A stretch of DNA of 64,000 nucleotides from Verrucomicrobiia bacterium (lineage in GTDB: Bacteria > Verrucomicrobiota > Verrucomicrobiia > Limisphaerales > UBA11358), in assembly GCA_035945675.1 (NCBI GenBank), contig DASZAB010000050.1, positions 5,312-69,311 of the forward strand. Direction: 5' to 3'. Made by a program: the position numbers and the translations under genes. Within the stretch, counting starts at the first letter, position 1; each line of letters starts with the position of its first letter. The notes beneath the pieces are model-generated. The model was given only the letters and a program-made list of their open reading frames with translations, had not been told where the DNA came from and ran no database searches. Of the stretch, positions 53,300-62,253 are shown in pieces.

Positions 53300-56200
53300 T
53301 CAATACACATCACGTTGATATCGCTTTTCCGACCTCAATGTTTCAACGTAGGTCTTTGCCTCGTCGGTCATTTTGCCTCCCGCTTTTTCAATAATCGTGT
53401 GCAACGCCGCCTCCACATCCTTCGCCATCCGCGACGCGTCGCCGCAAACGTAGAAATGCGCGCCGGTTTCCAGCCAGGACCAGATTTCGGCAGCGTGCTC
53501 CAGCATCCGATGCTGCACGTAGATTTTTTCCGCCTGATCCCGCGAAAACGCCAGGTCGAGCCGCGTCAGCAGGCCATCCCGGTGCCACGCTGCGAGCTGT
53601 TCCTCGTAAAGAAAGTCGCTGGCCCGGCACCGGTCGCCGAAAAACAGCCAGTTCCTGCCTTTCGCCCCGGTCGCCTGCCGCTCCTCCAGAAACGCGCGGA
53701 ACGGTGCGATCCCGGTGCCCGGTCCTACCAGGATCATCGGCGTGTCGCCGCTGGCCGGCGGCTTGAACCCACGCGAGGGTTGCACATAGACCCTCACGCA
53801 ATCACTGCCTCCCACCCGGTCGGCCAGAAAGGTCGAAGCCACTCCTTTGCGCCCCCGCCCAAAACTTTCGTAACGCACGGCGCTGACCGTGAGATGCACT
53901 TCACCGGGATGCGCCTTTGGGCTGGAGGCGATGCTGTAAAGCCTCGGCGACAGTTTGCGGAGCAACGGCAGCAATTCGCCCGGAGTCATCGGCGCCGGTA
54001 GTATTTGCAGGACATCAATCACTTCCCGACCCCAAAGCCATTGTTTCAAATCCGCCGCCCGATCCGGCGCCAGCAACAGTGCCAATTCACTGTCCGGGAC
54101 GTTCCGGGAAATGGCAGCGAGCAATTCCCGGGTCGGCTTCGTGATGTCGAACTGCTGGGCCAATGCCTCCCGCAAGGGAACGGTCAAATCACCGGCCCCG
54201 ATCGTTTCCTCGCCTTTGCAGCTCAACCATTCAAGCAAATGATTGACCAGTTCGGGACAATTCCTCGGCATGACGCCCAGCGCGTCGCCGGCCTCGTAAG
54301 TTAGACCGCTGCCGTTGAGGTCGAGTTCGTAGTGGCGGACTTCCTTGGCCGAACCGGGTTTGTTGAGCAGGACGTTTTTGATCAGGTGCGCCGGGAACGG
54401 ATGGGATTTGCCGTAGGCGGAATTGTCAGTAGCCAATAGTTGGTGGTCAGTAGCAATAGTCTGGCGACCATTCGTGGCAGTTACGGACATCTGACTGCCA
54501 ACTGCTGACGGGCTGAGTTTTTCCCAGAGGCCAGCCATCCACTCCTTGGTCGCCGCCTCGTATTCCACGTCGCACTCACCGCGCGGGATGAGACGTTGGG
54601 CGCCCAGAGCTTCGAATCGCGCGTCGAACTTCTTAGACGCGCCGCAAAAATCGGAATAATTCCGGTCACCGAGGCCAAGCACGGCAAACTGCAGGTTTCC
54701 CAGCTGCGGCGCATTTTCGGCATTGAGCCAGGACCAGAATTTCACGGCGTTGTCCGGCGGGTCGCCATCGCCCCAGGTGCTCGAAATGATGACGGCCTTC
54801 GATGCCTGCCCGAGCAGGGTCGGCTCACAATCATTCAACGGCAGGATTTTCGGCCCAAAGCCGCGCGACTGCGCCTCTTTTGCCAGCTTTTTTGCCAGCC
54901 CTTCCGCCGTGCCGGTCTGTGAACCGTATAACACCAGCAATGGCTCGCCGGTTGGTTGCGAAATGCCGTTGCGTTGTCCCGGTAAAGCCTCTCCGGGCGG
55001 CGATGGTGAAAGCAACCCGGCGAGAAAGCCGTTGAGCCAGGCGCGTTGTTCGGTTGTGAACGGGGCAGTCTCAGGAATAAAAGGAATCTGGTTCATTTTC
55101 TTAAGGGACTGGCGAACCGGACACTTTTCCAGACGCACCGCGCTGAACTTCAACTCCGGTTCCCGCGAAATCGGATCGTTCGCGCTGTGGGTCACGACAT
55201 TCACGCAGCCATCGGCGTCGTGGGATTGTCCCCAGTGGAACGGCATAAACACCGTGCCGGGGCGGAGGCCGGCGTCGAACTTCAATGTCGTTCGCATCGA
55301 GCCGCGCGACGATGTCAAACGCACCGCGTCGCCTTCGGCCAGGCCGAGCGTGTCGGCGTCAGCCGGATGTGCCGCCACAAACGGCGCCGGGCTGAGCCGG
55401 TTGAGTTTGGGCACGTGGCCGGTCTTGGTGCGCGTATGCCAGTGGCCGGCCACGCGGCCGGTATTGAGCACCAACGGAAACTCCGGCGAAAGCGCGTCAG
55501 CCGGCGGCAGGCAATCCACCGGATGAAACCGCGCCCGGCCGGTCGGTGTGGGGAAATTTTTATTACGATATCGCCGCGCGACGCCACGGCTGGTTGCCGT
55601 CGGGCACGGCCATTGTAGCGCGTGATGTTTCAGCCGGTCATAGGTGATGCCGTTCATCTGCAGCGAATACACTTCAGCGCAGCACCGTTTGTGTTCCTCA
55701 AAAACATCGCTCGCGCCGCCGTAGGAAAAAGGTTCCGGATAGCCGAGCGCCGCGGCAAAGCGAGCGGCAATCTCCCAATCCGGCCGCGCCTCGCCCGGTG
55801 GCGGCAAACAGGGCTGCAACAGACCGAGGCAACGCTCGGAATTGGTCATCGTGCCTTCGACTTCCAGACTCATGGCGGCGGGGAGAAGCACGTGCGCCAG
55901 CGAGGACGTTTCGGTGGGGTGATAACAATCCTGCACCACCACCAACCGGGCGCGGTCCAGTGCGCGGCGGACGCGTTGCGCCTCGGGCATCGTGGCCAGC
56001 GGATTGGTACCGGCGATCCAGATGGCCTTCACCCGGCCGTCTGCCAACGCCTCAAACATCCGCACCGCATCCAGGCCGGGTTGCGATTGAATCCGCTCCG
56101 CCGGCACGCCCCAGAGACGCGCAGTTTCCTCGCGATGCTGCGGATTGGTCACGTCGCGGTAGCCGGGCAACTGGCCGGACAAATAACCGACTTCGCGGCC

Positions 56201-57214
56201 GCCCATGGCATTGGGCTGGCCGGTGAGCGAAAACGGACCGCTGCCGGGCCGGCCGATTTTGCCGGTGGCGAGGTGGAGATTGATCAGGGCCAGGTTTTTC
56301 GCCACGCCGCTGGTGCTTTGATTGACGCCCATGGTCCACAAGCTCAGCGCCTCGGCGGACTGGCCGAACCAGAATGCGGCGCGATGAATGTCGTGCTCGG
56401 CAACGCCGCATTCGCGGGCCGCGCGCCCCGGCGGCCAGGCCTCGGCGGCTTCGCGCACCGCCTCCCAATTTTCCGTGTGCGCCCGGATGAACCGTTCATT
56501 GATCCAGCCCTGGGCGATCATGACGTGCAGCATGGCGTTGAGCAGCGCGATGTCCGTCCCTGGTTTGATGGCCAGGTGCAAATGCGCGCCCTCGGCTGTC
56601 GCGGTCCGGCGCGGGTCCACGACGATGGCGCGGACGCGTTTGCGGGACAACCGGCGTTTGACGCGCTGCCAGAGCACTGGATGACAATCCGCCATGTTCG
56701 CGCCCACAATCAGAAAGCATTCGGCGCGATCGACGTCGTCGTAGCACGTCGGCGGGCCGTCGCTGCCAAAGGCCATTTTATAGGCGCTCGCGGCGCTGGC
56801 CATGCACAGGCGGGAATTGGCGTCCACGTTGTTGGTGCCGATGTATCCCTTGGCGAGCTTGTTGAAAACGTACTGCGCCTCGGTCGTGAGCTGGCCGGAA
56901 ATGTAGAAAGCGACGGCATCCGGACCGTGGGCCTGGATGATATCGCGAAATTCCGCGGCGGTGTGCGCCAAGGCCCGATCCAAACCAACCGACTCAAAAG
57001 ATCCGGCGCGATCGGTGCGGACTTGCGCCGTGGTCAGCCGGTTTGACGTAGTGACAATCTCACCGGCGTGCGCGCCTTTTACACAAATACCACCCAGGGT
57101 GGACGGATGCGTCTTGTCGCCTTTGACCTCGACAATCTTACCGTCACAAACCTTCACCGCCAGGCCGCAGCCAACACCGCAGTAAGGGCAAATGGTTCGG
57201 ACGACATTTTCCAT
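53300..57214 (-). CDS. nasA: assimilatory nitrate reductase (molybdopterin, NasA/NarB-like) fused to a CysJ-like flavodoxin + FAD/NADPH reductase module
   Basis: 1304 aa. N-terminal 4Fe-4S CPYCGVGCG, Mo-ligand region SRLCMASAA and MGD-binding domains. Next come flavodoxin (LVLYGSQTGTAEG, FAVLGLGDRNY), FAD domain (RLYSIASS) and NADPH domain (MILVGPGTGIAPFRAF, YVCGD), ending RYQRDVY. Confidence 0.85.
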   Translation of the reverse strand: MENVVRTICPYCGVGCGLAVKVCDGKIVEVKGDKTHPSTLGGICVKGAHAGEIVTTSNRLTTAQVRTDRAGSFESVGLDRALAHTAAEFRDIIQAHGPDAVAFYISGQLTTEAQYVFNKLAKGYIGTNNVDANSRLCMASAASAYKMAFGSDGPPTCYDDVDRAECFLIVGANMADCHPVLWQRVKRRLSRKRVRAIVVDPRRTATAEGAHLHLAIKPGTDIALLNAMLHVMIAQGWINERFIRAHTENWEAVREAAEAWPPGRAARECGVAEHDIHRAAFWFGQSAEALSLWTMGVNQSTSGVAKNLALINLHLATGKIGRPGSGPFSLTGQPNAMGGREVGYLSGQLPGYRDVTNPQHREETARLWGVPAERIQSQPGLDAVRMFEALADGRVKAIWIAGTNPLATMPEAQRVRRALDRARLVVVQDCYHPTETSSLAHVLLPAAMSLEVEGTMTNSERCLGLLQPCLPPPGEARPDWEIAARFAAALGYPEPFSYGGASDVFEEHKRCCAEVYSLQMNGITYDRLKHHALQWPCPTATSRGVARRYRNKNFPTPTGRARFHPVDCLPPADALSPEFPLVLNTGRVAGHWHTRTKTGHVPKLNRLSPAPFVAAHPADADTLGLAEGDAVRLTSSRGSMRTTLKFDAGLRPGTVFMPFHWGQSHDADGCVNVVTHSANDPISREPELKFSAVRLEKCPVRQSLKKMNQIPFIPETAPFTTEQRAWLNGFLAGLLSPSPPGEALPGQRNGISQPTGEPLLVLYGSQTGTAEGLAKKLAKEAQSRGFGPKILPLNDCEPTLLGQASKAVIISSTWGDGDPPDNAVKFWSWLNAENAPQLGNLQFAVLGLGDRNYSDFCGASKKFDARFEALGAQRLIPRGECDVEYEAATKEWMAGLWEKLSPSAVGSQMSVTATNGRQTIATDHQLLATDNSAYGKSHPFPAHLIKNVLLNKPGSAKEVRHYELDLNGSGLTYEAGDALGVMPRNCPELVNHLLEWLSCKGEETIGAGDLTVPLREALAQQFDITKPTRELLAAISRNVPDSELALLLAPDRAADLKQWLWGREVIDVLQILPAPMTPGELLPLLRKLSPRLYSIASSPKAHPGEVHLTVSAVRYESFGRGRKGVASTFLADRVGGSDCVRVYVQPSRGFKPPASGDTPMILVGPGTGIAPFRAFLEERQATGAKGRNWLFFGDRCRASDFLYEEQLAAWHRDGLLTRLDLAFSRDQAEKIYVQHRMLEHAAEIWSWLETGAHFYVCGDASRMAKDVEAALHTIIEKAGGKMTDEAKTYVETLRSEKRYQRDVY

Positions 57215-57220
57215 GGCTTC

Positions 57221-58660
57221 TTAAAAATTGAATTCGACCTGGGCCCAGACCCTTTGGATGCGAACGTTGGGCACGGCCAGCGAGGGAGCGGGAGCGTCTT
57301 CACCTTCGTAGTCGGCGAACTTGGCCAGTACGGTCCAGTTCTTGCCGAATTTTTTTGAGGCCACCACGTCGTATTCCTGGCCGTAGTTGCCGCTCCCGTA
57401 GTCCGGGTTGTACTGGTGGAAGACAAAACGCACCGGAATTTGCGCCGGCAGGGTCAGCTGGAAATACGCATAAAGGTCGCGCAAACCATTGGCCGGGGTC
57501 GTCAAGAACACGTCCGCCCAGCCGTTGAACGGATGGAGTGTCGCCAGCGGTGTGCGGAATGAGGCGCGCCCGCCACCGCTGCCGGAGTTGACACCACTGC
57601 CCAAATCTTCGCAGCCCGCACCGAACGCGACCGGTTTGATGCTGGCGCCCGCTTCCAGATTGTAATAATCGGCACTGTATCTGAGCGGACTGTCGGCGTA
57701 CTCATCCTGCCAGGCGAATTCAGCCCGATAATCCACCGACAGCCAGTCGGTGACCGGCGCCGCCCCGGCGAAATAACCGCCGTAGGTGGCGCAGGAATTG
57801 GCGTCGCCACTGGCATTGTGAAGGTCCAGGAGATAGGCGTAACCGGCGAACCGCCCGTATTTCCAGCCCGAATAGGAAACATTGATCAGGTGCGAACGCG
57901 AATCAAAATCGGTATTGGCGGCGGGCAGACCGGACACATCGCCGTACACCCGGTGCACATCCCAGATATAACCGTAATAAAGGTCCACCCCCGCGACGGG
58001 TTCGCTGGTGACGCTGGCGGCGTCAAACGTCTGCATGTTCTGTCGCCAGGCCGAGTCACCGATGAACCGCTGGTTGTCGAGGACGATGCGTTGCTGGCCG
58101 GCCTTGGCGGAAATCCAGTTGGTGTAACGGTAAGCCAGCCAGGCCTGGTCGAGCCGGGTCAGTGGCGGATCTCCCACCACCGGCCGGGCACCCTGCCCGT
58201 TCGAGCCGGCGGCGTTGTAGTTGTGCCCGGGGCCCAGCACCGAGACGTTGACACCTTCCAACCTCGCCTGAAATCCGTATAACGGCGCGGTGGTGTAGCC
58301 AAATCGCGTCCGGATGGTGGGCGCGTAGGAATTTTTGGTGACGGCGGCGACACCATCTTCATCCGCCTGCTCATAACGCAACCGGACGTTGAGGTTGAAT
58401 TTTCCCTGCGCAATCACGTTGGGGATCTGGTGATTGAAGAATTTGTCGAGGGGGTTTGGTTCGGGCGCAACCACGGCGTTGGTCTCCGTCCCGGCCGACG
58501 CCGGCGCAGTCACTCGGGACAACGGTGGGGGTGGCTGGGCGGTACCCGCTTCCATAAAAGGTTTCTGCTGGGCAAAAACCGGGGTCGCAGCGGCGGGGAA
58601 GAGAAACAGTGCGTTTAAAGCGTGTCGGTTGGCAAAGTAGTGGTGTTTTTTTCGTTTCAT
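57221..58660 (-). CDS. outer-membrane porin (alginate-export/putative-porin-like beta-barrel)
   Basis: ORF 57221-58684 with likely start at 58660 (MKRKKHHYFANRHALNALFLFPAAATPVFAQ, signal peptide). Beta-strand periodicity is present and the C-terminus is VWAQVEFNF. Confidence 0.7.
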   Translation of the reverse strand: MKRKKHHYFANRHALNALFLFPAAATPVFAQQKPFMEAGTAQPPPPLSRVTAPASAGTETNAVVAPEPNPLDKFFNHQIPNVIAQGKFNLNVRLRYEQADEDGVAAVTKNSYAPTIRTRFGYTTAPLYGFQARLEGVNVSVLGPGHNYNAAGSNGQGARPVVGDPPLTRLDQAWLAYRYTNWISAKAGQQRIVLDNQRFIGDSAWRQNMQTFDAASVTSEPVAGVDLYYGYIWDVHRVYGDVSGLPAANTDFDSRSHLINVSYSGWKYGRFAGYAYLLDLHNASGDANSCATYGGYFAGAAPVTDWLSVDYRAEFAWQDEYADSPLRYSADYYNLEAGASIKPVAFGAGCEDLGSGVNSGSGGGRASFRTPLATLHPFNGWADVFLTTPANGLRDLYAYFQLTLPAQIPVRFVFHQYNPDYGSGNYGQEYDVVASKKFGKNWTVLAKFADYEGEDAPAPSLAVPNVRIQRVWAQVEFNF

Positions 58661-58727
58661 GCAGTCAGGGAATTCAGGTCTCACTTCAATGATTTACGTT
58701 TTCTCCGAAGTTGGCAACAGCCGTGCC

Positions 58728-59975
58728 TCAAGCCGGTTCCGCATTGGTGGGAGGTGACATATCAGCCGGCACCACCGCCCGGCCATGCTGTGCAATCCAT
58801 ACGCCGGTCCAGCCGGATTGGACTACCGCCAGAATCACCAGCGCCACAACCGCCAGTCCGGCCAGCACCATCAGCCCGGCGGCGAAACTGCCGGTGACTT
58901 GCTTGAGCGAACCCACCAGGGTGGGCAGGAAAAATCCGCCCACACCGCCCGCCGCACCGAGGATGCCGGTCGCCACGCCGACGTGGCGGCCAAAGCGTTG
59001 CGGCACGAGCTGGAAAACCGAGCCGTTGCCGATGCCGAGGCAGGCCATCAAGAAAAAGAGCAATACCGTCGCCACACCGAGCGTGGGCAGTTGCGCCACG
59101 CCCAAGGCCAACAGCGACACCACGCCATACACCACCACCAACACCCGGATGCCTCCCACCCGGTCAGCGAGAAACCCGCCCACCGGCCGCAATACGCTTC
59201 CAGCCATCACGCACAACGCCGTCAGGTTCCCGGCCATGACCTTCGAGACGGTGTACTGATCGTGCAGCAAGATGGAAAGAAAACTGGCCAGGCCCACGAA
59301 CCCACCAAATGTCACCGCGTAAAAGATGCTGAACAGCCAGGTATCGCGTTCCTTGAGCATGGCGAGGAATTCCGCGCCTTTAGTTTTCTTGACGGTACCC
59401 GGCGCTTCCTTTGCCAGGGTAACGAATACAGCGGCAGCGGCCAGCAACGGCAAAATCGCCAGGCCGAACACGGCGTGCCAGCCCCAGGCTTCCGCCAACC
59501 GCGGCGCGAAGAACGTGGCGAACACCGTTCCCGAGTTGCCGGCGCCGGCAATGCCCATCGCCAGACCCTGATGTTCCGGCGGATACCAGCGGCTGGCCAG
59601 CGGTAGCGCCGCTGCGAAACTCGCGCCGGCCACGCCAAGCAACAGCCCGATACAATAAACCTTGTCGATGGAATCCGCCCACCACCACCCGCCCAGCAAC
59701 GGCAGGAGCGTGGCCGCCAGTCCGATGCAGCCGGTTTTCCTGGGACCGATCCGGTCGGTCAATTGGCCAAACACAAGCCGGAGAATCGATCCCCCCAGCA
59801 ACGGGATCGCAGTCATCAGGCCTTTCTGCGCCGGATTCAGATTCAGATCGCTGGCAATGTAATTGCCCAGCGCGCCCAGCATGACCCAGATCATGAAGCT
59901 GACGTCGAAGTAAAGAAAAGCGCTGAACAGCGTGGGCAGGTGGCCTGATTTCCAGAATGAGGTATTGGTTTTCAT
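58728..59975 (-). CDS. narK: MFS nitrate/nitrite transporter
   Basis: 415 aa. NarK/NrtP-like signature GxxxNxGxR-type segments are GGSILRLVFGQLTDRIGPRK and GIAGAGNSG. Nitrate-cluster context supports the call. Confidence 0.8.
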   Translation of the reverse strand: MKTNTSFWKSGHLPTLFSAFLYFDVSFMIWVMLGALGNYIASDLNLNPAQKGLMTAIPLLGGSILRLVFGQLTDRIGPRKTGCIGLAATLLPLLGGWWWADSIDKVYCIGLLLGVAGASFAAALPLASRWYPPEHQGLAMGIAGAGNSGTVFATFFAPRLAEAWGWHAVFGLAILPLLAAAAVFVTLAKEAPGTVKKTKGAEFLAMLKERDTWLFSIFYAVTFGGFVGLASFLSILLHDQYTVSKVMAGNLTALCVMAGSVLRPVGGFLADRVGGIRVLVVVYGVVSLLALGVAQLPTLGVATVLLFFLMACLGIGNGSVFQLVPQRFGRHVGVATGILGAAGGVGGFFLPTLVGSLKQVTGSFAAGLMVLAGLAVVALVILAVVQSGWTGVWIAQHGRAVVPADMSPPTNAEPA

Positions 59976-59991
59976 TTATAGCGAATTTTCA

Positions 59992-61146
59992 TCAGTGAAT
60001 TCCAGCCGGGACCGGTTGGGATTGGGTTTGAACTTGAAAATGGCGGCGGCCGGAACCGCGAAAACGAACCGCCTGTTCAAAAATATCGGCCCGGAACACG
60101 CTCCGGCCGAGCGCAAAGTTCAGGGCCGCCGGCTCCCGGCACAGCCCGCGGTCACGCAGATGCTGAAGCACCCATGCCGCCTTGTCGCTGGAGGGTTCGT
60201 TGGCATCGGTGTGGTAAAAGACGTTGAAATCCTTCACCGTCCGGAGGCGGCCGTGGCCGAAATCAAATTCGCCGTCAAATCCGCCGCGCAATAAGGCGGC
60301 AGACACGCCGATGTATTCCGGTCGGGAAAGCGTGGCGACGATTTCGTCGTGATTCTCGGGGTCGGCGCAAAATTTACAGGCCTCCAACAACGCGGCAACG
60401 AGGGCCAGGTGCTCCGGGGCGCGCTTTTCGGCAAATTCGCGACGCACCATCAGTACCTTTTCCGGATGGCCCGGGTCCAGTTCCGCGCTGGTGGCGACGC
60501 ACCAGCCGGCGCGCGATTGCACCGCCACGGAATTCCAGGGTTCGCCCGCACAAAAGCCATCGAGATGGCCGGCCTTCAGGTTGGCCACCATTTGGGGCGG
60601 CGGCACGACGACCAGGCGCACATCGCCTTCGGGGTTGATCCCTGATGCCGCCAGCCAGCTGCGGAGCAAAAAATTATGCGAGGAAAACGGATAAACGACG
60701 CCGAAGGTGAGCATTCGTTCACTGCGGGACCGGACGATCTCCCCCCTTAGCGACGCCCCGTCGCGGACGCCGCGCCTCCAGAGATCGTTCGAAAGCGTGA
60801 TGGCATTGCCGTGCAGATTCAGCACGAGCGCGGCCAGGCAATCGCACCGGATGGAACCCAGGCCCAACGTGGCGGCGAACGGCATGCCGGCAACCGCGTG
60901 CGCTGCATCGAGTTCACGGTAAATAATCTTGTCGCGAATCGTCGCCCAACCCAATTCGCGGCTGAGGGTCACGTTGACGCCGTATTTGCGAAACCAACCC
61001 AGTTCACGCGCCATGACCAGCGGCGCGCAATCCGTCAGCGGCACAAATCCCAGCCGCAATCCAGCGCGCAGCGGAGCCACATTGATGGTCTGTATTTTTT
61101 TTATCACAAAACGGCGATTTTCGCCGCCGCCGTCACCTTGAGCCAT
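59992..61146 (-). CDS. NrtA/NasS-like nitrate-binding protein without signal peptide
   Basis: ORF 59992-61383 with likely start at 61146 (MAQGDGGGENRRF...). LRLGFVPLTDCAPLVMARELGWFRKYGVNVTLSRELGWATIRDK is typical of the NrtA/CmpA/NasS periplasmic-binding fold. No ABC permease or ATPase is nearby. Confidence 0.7.
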   Translation of the reverse strand: MAQGDGGGENRRFVIKKIQTINVAPLRAGLRLGFVPLTDCAPLVMARELGWFRKYGVNVTLSRELGWATIRDKIIYRELDAAHAVAGMPFAATLGLGSIRCDCLAALVLNLHGNAITLSNDLWRRGVRDGASLRGEIVRSRSERMLTFGVVYPFSSHNFLLRSWLAASGINPEGDVRLVVVPPPQMVANLKAGHLDGFCAGEPWNSVAVQSRAGWCVATSAELDPGHPEKVLMVRREFAEKRAPEHLALVAALLEACKFCADPENHDEIVATLSRPEYIGVSAALLRGGFDGEFDFGHGRLRTVKDFNVFYHTDANEPSSDKAAWVLQHLRDRGLCREPAALNFALGRSVFRADIFEQAVRFRGSGRRHFQVQTQSQPVPAGIH

Positions 61147-61205
61147 GTCTGTGCCATCCAGGGACATTGGCGTGATGAATGCTCCGCGTAATTTGCATGG
61201 CGACG

Positions 61206-61220
61206 ATGAATGGGATTCAT
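61206..61220. promoter_or_regulatory. candidate LysR-type (T-N11-A) operator in the divergent intergenic region
   Basis: Perfect dyad ATGAAT-GGG-ATTCAT containing T-N11-A. It lies about 60-75 nt upstream of the NrtA-like start and 2 nt upstream of the LysR start. Further ATGAA half-sites lie at about 61173-61180 and 61222-61227. Confidence 0.4.
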
Positions 61221-61222
61221 GG

Positions 61223-62125
61223 ATGAACACGCCCCTCGACAGCAGGCAGCTTCGGGCGTTCTGCGCCCTGGCACGCACGGGCAGTTTCACGCAAACCGCG
61301 CGGGAATTGCATCTCACCCAATCGGCGGTCAGCCACTCGATGAAGGCCCTGGAACGCGATGTCAGCTGTCGCCTTTTGCACAAGCTGGGTAAAAAAGTTG
61401 CGCTGACCCAGGCGGGTGAGCAGTTGTTGCATCACGCAACAAAAATTTTGCTGGAAATGGAACATGCGCGGGAATCGCTCGGCCATCTGGGCAAATGGGG
61501 TCGCGGCCGGTTGCGGCTGGGTGTAAGCACGACCGCCTGCCAGCACATCCTTCCGCCCGTGCTGCGCGAGTTCAAGGAAAGCTTTGCCGAACACGCCATC
61601 ACCATCGAACCCGGTGACACGCCGGAACTGGTGTCCGCCTTGTTGCGTCAGAGAATTGACCTCGCGCTCACCCTGGAGCCGGACCGGGAACCCCAATTGG
61701 ATTTTCACCCCTTGTTCACGGACGAATTGCAGTTCCTCGTCGGCGCCCTGCACCCGTGGGCGCAGGCCGGCCGCGTCGAACGCGGGGAAATTCCGCGCCA
61801 GAATTACATCCTTTACCAGAAGAAAAGCCTGACGTTCCGGTTGATCGAGGAATATTTCCGGCGCGAGGACATGGTCCTGAACACCGTTATCGAACTGGGC
61901 ACGATGGAAGGCATCAAGGAACTGGTGAAACTCGGCCTGGGCGTGAGCATTCTCGCCCCCTGGATTGCGCGGAAGGAAATTGAGGAGCGCTCGATCGTCG
62001 CCCTGCCCCTGGGCCGGCGGAATCTGCAGCGGCGCTGGGGCATTCTTCACCAGCGCGGCAAACGGCTGACGCTCGCGGAGGAGACGTTCGTCGGCCTGTG
62101 CCAGACCGCCTGCACTTCACTGTAA
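61223..62125 (+). CDS. LysR-family transcriptional regulator
   Basis: ORF 61145-62125 with likely start at 61223 (MNTPLDSRQLRAFCALARTGSFTQTARELHLTQSAVSHSMKALE, wHTH), followed by a substrate-binding domain. Confidence 0.85.
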   Translation: MNTPLDSRQLRAFCALARTGSFTQTARELHLTQSAVSHSMKALERDVSCRLLHKLGKKVALTQAGEQLLHHATKILLEMEHARESLGHLGKWGRGRLRLGVSTTACQHILPPVLREFKESFAEHAITIEPGDTPELVSALLRQRIDLALTLEPDREPQLDFHPLFTDELQFLVGALHPWAQAGRVERGEIPRQNYILYQKKSLTFRLIEEYFRREDMVLNTVIELGTMEGIKELVKLGLGVSILAPWIARKEIEERSIVALPLGRRNLQRRWGILHQRGKRLTLAEETFVGLCQTACTSL

Positions 62126-62253
62126 AAACGTTTGTGGCCGGAGCGGTTCCAGCTTTCAGGTAGCACAGACATGCTTGTTGCCCTGTATGAAGGGGATCCC
62201 TTGAATTGTTTTTTATTTTGGGAAACCTCCTCCGGCGCTGTTATCCTGAGGTC

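Noticed and set aside
52393-53313. 306-aa minus-strand ORF spanning the RAYT gene and its flanks.
   Set aside because: It is the antisense read-through of the transposase plus translated REP hairpins (e.g. ..PPVATGLHPFRMRA..). There are no protein-family features.
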